Source: an uncultured bacterium
GTDB taxonomy: Bacteria > Macinerneyibacteriota > Macinerneyibacteria > Macinerneyibacteriales > Macinerneyibacteriaceae
NCBI GenBank assembly: GCA_964621075.1
Contig: CAZUKV010000001.1
Span: 24,144 to 88,143, forward strand
Length of the DNA stretch: 64,000 nt
Direction of reading: 5' to 3'
A program made the position numbers and the translations under genes. A model generated the notes under the pieces. The model ran no database searches. It worked only from the letters and a program-made list of their open reading frames with translations, and was not told the origin of the DNA. Shown piece by piece: positions 48,622 through 55,684 of the stretch (its first letter is position 1; each line of letters begins with the position of its first letter).

Positions 48622-50106
48622 TTAATAATTTAACAATAATCTATAATATTCTATTTTTAAAAAAGATTTCAAAATTGATTTATCAATTTTTTTATCACGT
48701 TGTTTCTTAACAGCTTCATTATCTTCTTTTATTTTCATGACTATATCCTTAATTCTTTGGGTGTTTTTTTTCAATGAAAAATTGTCTAATTCAACTCCCT
48801 GTTTTAAGTATCCACTTGATAATTTTCGAATGTTTTTTTCTATTTCGCTATTTAATTCTTTAATTTCTGCGAAATTTTCCTTATTTAAAATTTTCCACTG
48901 GTTTTCAACATCAAGGTAGGAGAAATCAACTATATTTTTATCAATTTTTTTATATATGTCTTCTTTTAGGATCTCTTTTCCTCTTTTGTTTAAATCAATC
49001 ATATTGAGATAATTTTTATATTTTTTAATTACATCATCTTTCATCCTATCATCTAATTTAATATTTAAAGAACTGTAATAACTGTATTTGGGAATATTTT
49101 TGAAATCTTGAACGATATCAATCTCTCTAACATAAAAATTTTTATTATATTTTTTTGATTCTAAAAATATCAGGCCAAAACCCTCCAGAACGGATGAAGA
49201 AAAAAACAAATCACAACCACGAATAAGATTATTATAAATTCCTTTATATTTTTTTGATACTGACCAGATACCCCTGATTTTATTTTTTTTGAAAACATCT
49301 TTTACAATTTTTTCATATTTTTTTTCTTTTCGAGAATTCGAAGGAAGCGTAACAAAAAGAAAACTTTTTTCTACAATAATATTTATTAATGCCGCTTCGA
49401 GGATATTTTTCCTTCTTATAGTTCGAACAGGATATAGCAGTAATAAATCATCGTTTCTTATTAAACATCTATCTTCAATTTTATTGATAATTTTTTTTCT
49501 TTCTTCCTGTTTTTTAAAATTTTCTTTTTTTGTATTAATGGCATTTGGAAGATAAAATATTTTTGTCTCAGGAATTCCAGCCTGTAATAATCTTTTTAAA
49601 TCCCCTTTATTAATTGTAATATAGTAAATATTTTTATCTACTGGATATAAAGAATTGGAAATATATTTATTTAAAAATGAAAGATTGTTAATTCTACCAC
49701 ATTCGGGAAAATCATGAATTTGAAACAATATTTTCATATTTTGTTCAAGAGCAAGTTCAATAATTGCCTCTGTAAATGGAGGATTTTTACCCAGATTATA
49801 GTTATGAACCCAAATAATAGAATCAAAATCAATATAATTCAACAAATAGTTTTTTATTTCTGATTTATAAGAATAAAAACTTTCTTGCGTAAGCTCATTT
49901 TTATATAAATATTTTAATTCAGGTACATCATGAAATTTAATATTTTCTTTATTTAGAAGATCTTGAATACCTTCTATCCCCATTTTTTTTGATCCATAAA
50001 GATGGATTTCATATTCACTAAATAATGAATTAGAAATATTTTTAATTACACTCGTAACCCCACCTTTTATATAATGATAGTGTATAATTGAAACTTTCTT
50101 TTTCAT
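48622..50106 (-). CDS. Large GT-B glycosyltransferase-like protein (GT4-like core, EGFGLIFLES)
   Basis: HYHYIKGGV N-terminus and a C-terminal EGFG motif. The roughly 200-aa C-terminal extension is uncharacterised. Confidence 0.5.
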   Translation of the reverse strand: MKKKVSIIHYHYIKGGVTSVIKNISNSLFSEYEIHLYGSKKMGIEGIQDLLNKENIKFHDVPELKYLYKNELTQESFYSYKSEIKNYLLNYIDFDSIIWVHNYNLGKNPPFTEAIIELALEQNMKILFQIHDFPECGRINNLSFLNKYISNSLYPVDKNIYYITINKGDLKRLLQAGIPETKIFYLPNAINTKKENFKKQEERKKIINKIEDRCLIRNDDLLLLYPVRTIRRKNILEAALINIIVEKSFLFVTLPSNSRKEKKYEKIVKDVFKKNKIRGIWSVSKKYKGIYNNLIRGCDLFFSSSVLEGFGLIFLESKKYNKNFYVREIDIVQDFKNIPKYSYYSSLNIKLDDRMKDDVIKKYKNYLNMIDLNKRGKEILKEDIYKKIDKNIVDFSYLDVENQWKILNKENFAEIKELNSEIEKNIRKLSSGYLKQGVELDNFSLKKNTQRIKDIVMKIKEDNEAVKKQRDKKIDKSILKSFLKIEYYRLLLNY

Positions 50107-50112
50107 TTATTT

Positions 50113-51090
50113 TTACCTTTTTTCCCTGTTAAATTTTAATCTATATTCTGGAATCTTTATCATTGGAGGCCTTTCTATTTTCATAATTTTTGTTTTTTTC
50201 ATAATATGATCGCCTTCTCTTAATTCAATACTTACATGATCCTCATTCATATCAGTTTTTAATTTAATTTTATTATTTTTATCCAATCTATCCAAAGCTG
50301 TTTTTAATAAAGCAAAAGCCATTTTGCTTAAAGCCTGGATATTCTGATTGCGATGGATCCTCATGTCAAGATCCACCTGCCCGATTTTATCTATACCATA
50401 ATTTTCATAAATATCAATTAAATGAGCCGTTTCAACCCCATATCCAACAGCAAAAGATAATTTTTCAAGCAAATCTCTTCTTCCTGCATATTCTCCGCTC
50501 AAAGGCTGAATTATTGTTGCTAATTCAGGATAAAAAGTTGAAAACATCGGCCTGGTCTGAATTTCAGTAACCCTTCCTCCACCGGACGGCTGAAATGATT
50601 TTTTGCCGGTTATTGGTCTTTCATAAAAAGCCTTTACATAAGATAAATTATCATTTGTGAGAAGCGCTCCTACAAGACCATAAACAAATTTAGGATGTAT
50701 GTTGTCTATATCAGCATCTATCCAAACTATTATATCTCCATCAAGAACATAAAGACTTTTCCATAAATTTTCCCCCTTACCCTTATAAAATCCATATTTG
50801 GGGAGGATATTTTTTGAAGTATAAACTTTTGCCCCGTATTCATTTGCTATTTCTCTGGTTTTATCTTTGGAGCCTGAATCAATAACTACAATTTCATCAA
50901 GCAAGGGAAATTTATCCATTAATTCATTCTTTATAATTAAAACTTCTTTTCCTATTGTTTTTTCTTCATTGAGTGTTGGGAAAGCAAGTGAAATTTTCAA
51001 ATTCTTTTTCTCTTTTAATTTTACAAGTTTGTTTATATCCTTGAATTTTTCATGATGGAATGTTGATTTTAAAATTTTTTTACTGCTCAT
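50113..51090 (-). CDS. gpgS: Glucosyl-3-phosphoglycerate synthase family (GpgS/MpgS-like, GT81) glycosyltransferase
   Basis: Colinear similarity to mycobacterial GpgS as recalled from memory: GKGENLWKSL, WIDADIDNIHPKFVYGLVGALL, VKAFYERP, GGGRVTE, QPLSGEYAG, GYGVE, QVDLDMRIHRNQ. Confidence 0.8.
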   Translation of the reverse strand: MSSKKILKSTFHHEKFKDINKLVKLKEKKNLKISLAFPTLNEEKTIGKEVLIIKNELMDKFPLLDEIVVIDSGSKDKTREIANEYGAKVYTSKNILPKYGFYKGKGENLWKSLYVLDGDIIVWIDADIDNIHPKFVYGLVGALLTNDNLSYVKAFYERPITGKKSFQPSGGGRVTEIQTRPMFSTFYPELATIIQPLSGEYAGRRDLLEKLSFAVGYGVETAHLIDIYENYGIDKIGQVDLDMRIHRNQNIQALSKMAFALLKTALDRLDKNNKIKLKTDMNEDHVSIELREGDHIMKKTKIMKIERPPMIKIPEYRLKFNREKR

Positions 51091-52250
51091 TCTTCCTCTT
51101 TCTTTTCAAAAAAAGATATTCCTTTTTTTAAAACCTTTAATACCTGTTTAATGCCAACAATTATTGAATCTTTAGTTATATACTCATCATCTATCTTAAT
51201 TTGTCCTTCTGCTATACCCAAAGATACTGTTGGTATATTTTTCTGAAGTAAAACAGCTGCTTCATCTCTTATAACTTTTAAAGAAGACTCAATAGAATAT
51301 TGCTTATGAATTTTAATAATTTCATCAATGAAAGGATGATTTGCCATAAAATAATTTGCTGAAGAATGTCCGACTAATTCCAGCTGTATTTTTGTATCCA
51401 GTTCCCTTGACATTTTATTAATTGTAGAAGTTAATATTTGATTTTCATATTCAAGATACTGGCTTTTTCTGCTCAAAAGTTCCAGCTTCATAACCCCTTC
51501 ACTGGGAACTGCTTCAACTTTAGATTTTGATTTAATATCAATGATATTAATGAAAGTACATGATTTTTCAGGCCACCCAATGCTTTTTAAGCGAGCTCCA
51601 ATCTCTGTTAAAATATCCATTGCAGATAATTTATTTGGACAATCACAAATATTTATCAAATCAATAGGTTTGGTTTTTACCCAGATCTTATAAAGATATT
51701 TTCCAAGCGATTTGTACCCAATATCTCCAAGAGATATACTATCAATATCAAGTGCAAAAACAATATCATCATTACAATTAGATAAAAAATAATTTAAGGT
51801 TTTAAAATTTTCTTCGATGTTAGAAAAATCCAAAAATAAGAAAATAATATTATATTTAAATTCAATTTTATACTTAAATAAAAAATCAATTAAATTTAAA
51901 ACAGCAGTTACTTTTAAAGAATTATCAATTATCCCCCTTCCATGCATCTTATCCTTATCCAGCTGTATTAACCTGTCAACCCTGGAAATCTTTTTTAAAT
52001 TCATAGGGACCATTACCAGGACTGATTTCTTTGTTAAACTGGGAGAGTGAAAATATTCTACCATGATATTTCCCACATCATCTCTTTCTATCTTGGGAAC
52101 CTCCATTTCATGCAGCCTATTAATTATAAATTCCTTATGAGAATCAGGATTATCGCTCGAAAATGGTAGCTGGTTATAAAGTATTGTATCTGTTAGAATA
52201 TTTTCTTTTAAATCTTTAATATCATTTATCTTGCTTTCAAAATCATCCAT
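51087..52250 (-). CDS. Divergent M20/M28-like zinc-peptidase homologue (possibly non-catalytic), first gene of the operon
   Basis: HGRGIIDN resembles the M20 GRGxxDxKG motif. The other metal ligands are not obvious. AGGAGA RBS. Confidence 0.4.
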   Translation of the reverse strand: MDDFESKINDIKDLKENILTDTILYNQLPFSSDNPDSHKEFIINRLHEMEVPKIERDDVGNIMVEYFHSPSLTKKSVLVMVPMNLKKISRVDRLIQLDKDKMHGRGIIDNSLKVTAVLNLIDFLFKYKIEFKYNIIFLFLDFSNIEENFKTLNYFLSNCNDDIVFALDIDSISLGDIGYKSLGKYLYKIWVKTKPIDLINICDCPNKLSAMDILTEIGARLKSIGWPEKSCTFINIIDIKSKSKVEAVPSEGVMKLELLSRKSQYLEYENQILTSTINKMSRELDTKIQLELVGHSSANYFMANHPFIDEIIKIHKQYSIESSLKVIRDEAAVLLQKNIPTVSLGIAEGQIKIDDEYITKDSIIVGIKQVLKVLKKGISFFEKKEEE

Positions 52251-52279
52251 TATTTCTCCTAACCTATTTATATATAATA

Positions 52280-52307
52280 ATTATATAATTCTCAATTGAT
52301 ATTTCAA
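52280..52307 (-). promoter_or_regulatory. Putative sigma70 promoter (TTGAAA-N16-TATAAT on the minus strand) for the 52250 to 44197 operon; -35 lies inside repeat copy 1
   Basis: Minus strand: TTGAAA (plus 52307-52302), 16-nt spacer, TATAAT (plus 52285-52280). The ATG is at 52250. Confidence 0.5.
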
Positions 52308-52359
52308 CACTTTATATACCAGGTTTTTAGATTAAAAACTTGACACTTAATTAGAATAT
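52299..52359. repeat. 61-bp perfect repeat, copy 1 (contains palindrome GTTTTTA-N3-TAAAAAC at 52323-52339)
   Basis: Identical to 55067-55127: ATATTTCAACACTTTATATACCAGGTTTTTAGATTAAAAACTTGACACTTAATTAGAATAT. Confidence 0.9.
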
Positions 52360-52382
52360 AAGAAATTATCTTCTATCATTTG

Positions 52383-53000
52383 TTATAATTGTTTAATAAA
52401 ATCAAAAAAATCATCAATAGGATTCACTTGATAGTTATCTTTTTTATATAAATTAATAATTTTTTTAGATTTGTTATCAACTAGTAAGAGAATAGGACCA
52501 GTGTAAATTTTATTTTTTTTGAACCATTTGTACCTATCACAGTAATATACTTCTTTTTTTATGAAATATTTATTTTTCTTTATTTTCATATTTATTTTAT
52601 TATAACCAATTATTAAAACCTTAACATTTTTAAAATCTAAAATATTTAAATACTTTACCATTTCATGAATACACTGTCCGCAATAAGATTTAGGAATTAC
52701 CATTACTAATAAATACTGATAGATAGGTCTCTCACAATAAATGAAAGTATCATCTTTTAGTCTTTTAAACTTAGAAAAGTTTAATTTTCTCCCTAATAAC
52801 TGATATCTATCTTTTTGATACTTATATCTTTTTTTGTAAAAATTTTTATAAATTTTTAGTTTTTTATTCTTTTTGTAAAAATAAAGTAATAGCATAAATA
52901 AACAAAGAACAATTACAACCTTTGATAAATTACTCATGCATAAATATTTTCCGCTTGATATTTTCAACAAATAAATCGAGCTCAAAATTATAAAATTCAT
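52383..53000 (-). CDS. Membrane-anchored/secreted protein with a CxxC motif (thioredoxin-like?), function unknown
   Basis: N-terminal hydrophobic segment. YCGQCIHEM CxxC. Paralogous in layout to 52930-53508. Confidence 0.3.
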   Translation of the reverse strand: MNFIILSSIYLLKISSGKYLCMSNLSKVVIVLCLFMLLLYFYKKNKKLKIYKNFYKKRYKYQKDRYQLLGRKLNFSKFKRLKDDTFIYCERPIYQYLLVMVIPKSYCGQCIHEMVKYLNILDFKNVKVLIIGYNKINMKIKKNKYFIKKEVYYCDRYKWFKKNKIYTGPILLLVDNKSKKIINLYKKDNYQVNPIDDFFDFIKQL

Positions 53001-53508
53001 TATTTTCCCTAATTACTAAATCTATAACATTATTTGATAATTTATCATACAATAAAAATACTGGACCTGTTTTTATGCCATTATTTTTTAGCAATCCATT
53101 CTTCTTTAACAAAAAAGAAGGATACTTTTTTCCTGTTAAAATAAAAGATTCTCCAACATTTTCTCGAAACTTAATTATTGCAACTTCTTTTGAAATAATA
53201 CTACTGATTTTTTGTCTAAAATCAAAAAGACATGAATTGCAATTTAATTTTGATAATAATACAAATAAAATATACCTTTTATTTATATTAGAATAACAAA
53301 AATGATCACTTCTTTTTTCAGGAGTATATCTTATATAATTAAATTTTTTTCTGGTTTCAAAAATTTTAACTAATTTAAACTCTTTCAATATTAAATTTTT
53401 ATAATCAGCAGTAAGATTTTGTGTTTTTTGTTTTTTACAACCCCCAATAAATAAAATACCAAAAACTATAGACATAAAAAATGTTTTTACATATATTTTT
53501 TTTTTCAT
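52930..53508 (-). CDS. Lipoprotein with a CxxC motif (thioredoxin-like?), function unknown
   Basis: Signal peptide with lipobox (IGGC). NCNSCLF CxxC. Similar size and layout to the downstream gene. Confidence 0.3.
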   Translation of the reverse strand: MKKKIYVKTFFMSIVFGILFIGGCKKQKTQNLTADYKNLILKEFKLVKIFETRKKFNYIRYTPEKRSDHFCYSNINKRYILFVLLSKLNCNSCLFDFRQKISSIISKEVAIIKFRENVGESFILTGKKYPSFLLKKNGLLKNNGIKTGPVFLLYDKLSNNVIDLVIRENNEFYNFELDLFVENIKRKIFMHE

Positions 53509-54572
53509 TGTTTATCCTTGAGAAATTCATATGTTTTTATAACGACTGTATTATCATTTTTTGTTAATCTATCAGGAATAAAAGTTTTCAATATCCCATC
53601 TAAATTATAACTTACCTCTACTTCCCTATAAAACTTTTCGTTTTCTTTAAAAGATTTTTTTTCTTTTAACTTTTTAATTAATTTACCATTTATATCCACT
53701 ATTATTTTTTTATCTATCAACATCAAACTTCCCTCTTTGTTAAAATATATTGGAGTTTTGTAGTAATTTTTTTCTATATGAGAATTGATTTCTCTTAAAA
53801 AATTACCATTAAGATCATATACATCTATAGATTTTTCACATTTTGCATTTTTGAAAGGATCTTTGCTTAACGCTTTAGAACTTGTATGCCATACTTCATT
53901 TGCAATATAGATCCTATCATTTTTCAACACTGATGGTTCCCAGGCAACATATGAAGTATGTTTAAATTTATCATATTTATTAATTATCTTGAAATTTTTA
54001 TCAAGAATAAAATTCTTATAATTCCCTTTATAATTACTATTGTTAAAAGTATAAATTCTATTATTAACAAAAGTCATTTGACTTAAACCAGACATACTCT
54101 CATACATTAGCAAAAACGACTTCAAATGTTTGATTTTTTTGCTTTCTATTTTGTAAATATTAAATCTATTTAAAACAATATCATAAGTTAAAATTTTATT
54201 TTTACTCAAAAACAAAAAATCTGAAATAGACAGAAAATCTCCTGGTCCTTTTCCTCTATCCCCAGCTTTTCCAATAAATTTACCGTTTTGTTTATTAAAA
54301 ATATACACTGATGTATAATTACCTCTTGCTAATAGTCCAATATACTTGTTATTTATTTTCAAACTAATGATATTCCCTAATCCAAACTCTAAGTATAGAA
54401 TATACTTATTTTGTAATGTAAAAAGATTCGTAAAATTTTCTGATTTTTTTATTCTTTTCAAATCTTTTTTTCTTATTGATACTCGATCTAACAATTTTTT
54501 TTCTTTCCTACAACTAAAATTAAAACCAAGAATTGCAACAAGACAACATAATAGAAAAATTTTTTTGTACAT
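53505..54572 (-). CDS. Lipoprotein, possibly a beta-propeller, function unknown
   Basis: Lipobox (FSC). Repeated ...Y...D/N...G... segments suggestive of beta-propeller blades. Weak call. Confidence 0.3.
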   Translation of the reverse strand: MYKKIFLLCCLVAILGFNFSCRKEKKLLDRVSIRKKDLKRIKKSENFTNLFTLQNKYILYLEFGLGNIISLKINNKYIGLLARGNYTSVYIFNKQNGKFIGKAGDRGKGPGDFLSISDFLFLSKNKILTYDIVLNRFNIYKIESKKIKHLKSFLLMYESMSGLSQMTFVNNRIYTFNNSNYKGNYKNFILDKNFKIINKYDKFKHTSYVAWEPSVLKNDRIYIANEVWHTSSKALSKDPFKNAKCEKSIDVYDLNGNFLREINSHIEKNYYKTPIYFNKEGSLMLIDKKIIVDINGKLIKKLKEKKSFKENEKFYREVEVSYNLDGILKTFIPDRLTKNDNTVVIKTYEFLKDKQ

Positions 54573-54630
54573 AAGAAATCCTTTTCTGTTAATATATTTA
54601 ATTCAAAGGGGGAATCATTTTACATAATAT

Positions 54631-54939
54631 TTACCAGCACTGGAATGTTACATCACATTCTTTCATGTTTCCTTCATAACAATAATTCATTTTCCCAGTC
54701 CTTATAATTTCACTTCCATCCGGTGTCACTTCGATAACAACACAAGACATATATCCTAATTTATAAAAATCTCCAAATGCATCTCTTATACCCTGCCCAG
54801 AGCTTCCGCCTGGAAGCTCACCAGACACCCCATCTATTATCTCAATAAGTCTTCTGTTAGGAGATGTCTGGGCTTTAATAAGAGATAAACAAAAAAACAT
54901 AAAAAAAATCAATAATATAATAAATATTTTTTTATTCAT
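54631..54939 (-). CDS. Small secreted Cys-rich protein (102-aa precursor, mature form about 80 aa)
   Basis: Signal peptide ending ...LIKA. Five Cys in the mature part (C-terminal ...CYEGNMKECDVTFQCW). Confidence 0.5.
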   Translation of the reverse strand: MNKKIFIILLIFFMFFCLSLIKAQTSPNRRLIEIIDGVSGELPGGSSGQGIRDAFGDFYKLGYMSCVVIEVTPDGSEIIRTGKMNYCYEGNMKECDVTFQCW

Positions 54940-55046
54940 AACAACTCCTTTATAATTAAACTATATATTCACAGAATTCCCCCTACTATAATAATATAAC
55001 AAAAAAAAAAAATACAACATCTATTTTTTTAATTATAATTTTTGGT

Positions 55047-55075
55047 ATTATAAAAAAGTTATTATTATATTTCAA
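55047..55075 (-). promoter_or_regulatory. Putative sigma70 promoter (TTGAAA-N17-TATAAT on the minus strand) for the Cys-rich peptide gene; -35 lies inside repeat copy 2
   Basis: Minus strand: TTGAAA (plus 55075-55070), 17-nt spacer, TATAAT (plus 55052-55047). Same architecture as copy 1. Confidence 0.45.
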
Positions 55076-55127
55076 CACTTTATATACCAGGTTTTTAGAT
55101 TAAAAACTTGACACTTAATTAGAATAT
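55067..55127. repeat. 61-bp perfect repeat, copy 2, in the divergent intergenic region between the Cys-rich peptide gene and HU
   Basis: Identical to 52299-52359, including the 7-3-7 palindrome. Confidence 0.9.
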
Positions 55128-55192
55128 GTTAATCTTTTTTTCAGACATTACTATCTTATTAGTATTTAACAACATAACTTGCAGGAGGAATA

Positions 55193-55468
55193 ATGACAAA
55201 GAATGATTTGAGTGAAAAAATATGGAATAGATATGAAGAACTTACAAAAAAAGAATCAAAGGAAATTATTGACCTTTTGATGAAAGAAATAAAAAATGCT
55301 TTGAAAAATAATGATAGTGTGGAATTGAGGGGATTTGGTACTTTCAAAACAAAAATTAGAAAAGCCCGTACAGCAAGAAACCCGCATACAGGGGAACAAA
55401 TTGAAGTTCCAAGAAAAAAAGTTCCTTATTTTAAACCCTCACCGAAATTTAAAGAAAAAGTGAATTAA
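55193..55468 (+). CDS. HU/IHF family DNA-binding protein
   Basis: ELRGFGTFKTKIRKARTARNPHTGEQIEVP is a canonical HU arm. Confidence 0.85.
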   Translation: MTKNDLSEKIWNRYEELTKKESKEIIDLLMKEIKNALKNNDSVELRGFGTFKTKIRKARTARNPHTGEQIEVPRKKVPYFKPSPKFKEKVN

Positions 55469-55479
55469 GGAGGTGTAGT

Positions 55480-55575
55480 ATGAGCTCTGTAAAGAAAAAA
55501 AGAAAAAAGAAAATGAACAAACATAAAAGGAAAAAAAGATCAAGAAAAAACAGGCATAAGAAAAAGAAAAAATAA
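55480..55575 (+). CDS. 31-aa extremely basic Lys/Arg-rich peptide (MSSVKKKRKKKMNKHKRKKRSRKNRHKKKKK), apparently co-transcribed with HU
   Basis: AAGGAGG RBS 6-7 nt upstream of the ATG and only 11 nt after the HU stop. Followed by a strong terminator. Not in the ORF track because it is short. Confidence 0.45.
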   Translation: MSSVKKKRKKKMNKHKRKKRSRKNRHKKKKK

Positions 55576-55597
55576 ATAATCAACCTTATATAAATAT

Positions 55598-55635
55598 AAA
55601 ACACCCAAAATTTTTTGGGTGTTTTCCTATTTTTG
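55598..55635 (+). terminator. Rho-independent terminator after the HU-basic peptide unit
   Basis: AACACCCAAAA-tt-TTTTGGGTGTT hairpin followed by TTCCTATTTTTG. Confidence 0.7.
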
Positions 55636-55684
55636 TTAATATTCCTTGCAATAACAATTTTTTTGTATTATATTTTACCTGATT

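Noticed and set aside
52299-52359. Possible sigma54 (-24/-12) promoter inside the 61-bp repeat (CTGGTATATAAAGTGTTGA on the minus strand)
   Set aside because: The spacing and elements (GG-N10-GT rather than GG-N10-GC, and no TTGC) do not fit the TGGCAC-N5-TTGCW consensus. A sigma70-like TTGAAA-N16/17-TATAAT reading explains both copies better.
55108-55136. Plus-strand TTGACA in repeat copy 2 as the -35 box of the HU promoter
   Set aside because: No acceptable -10 hexamer lies 16-18 nt downstream (TATGTT at spacing 11, AATCTT at spacing 17). The HU promoter is therefore not assigned. The repeat may still influence HU because of the divergent layout.
55159-55347. Minus-strand 62-aa ORF
   Set aside because: It lies antisense within the well-supported HU gene and promoter region, has a low-complexity hydrophobic composition, and has no RBS.
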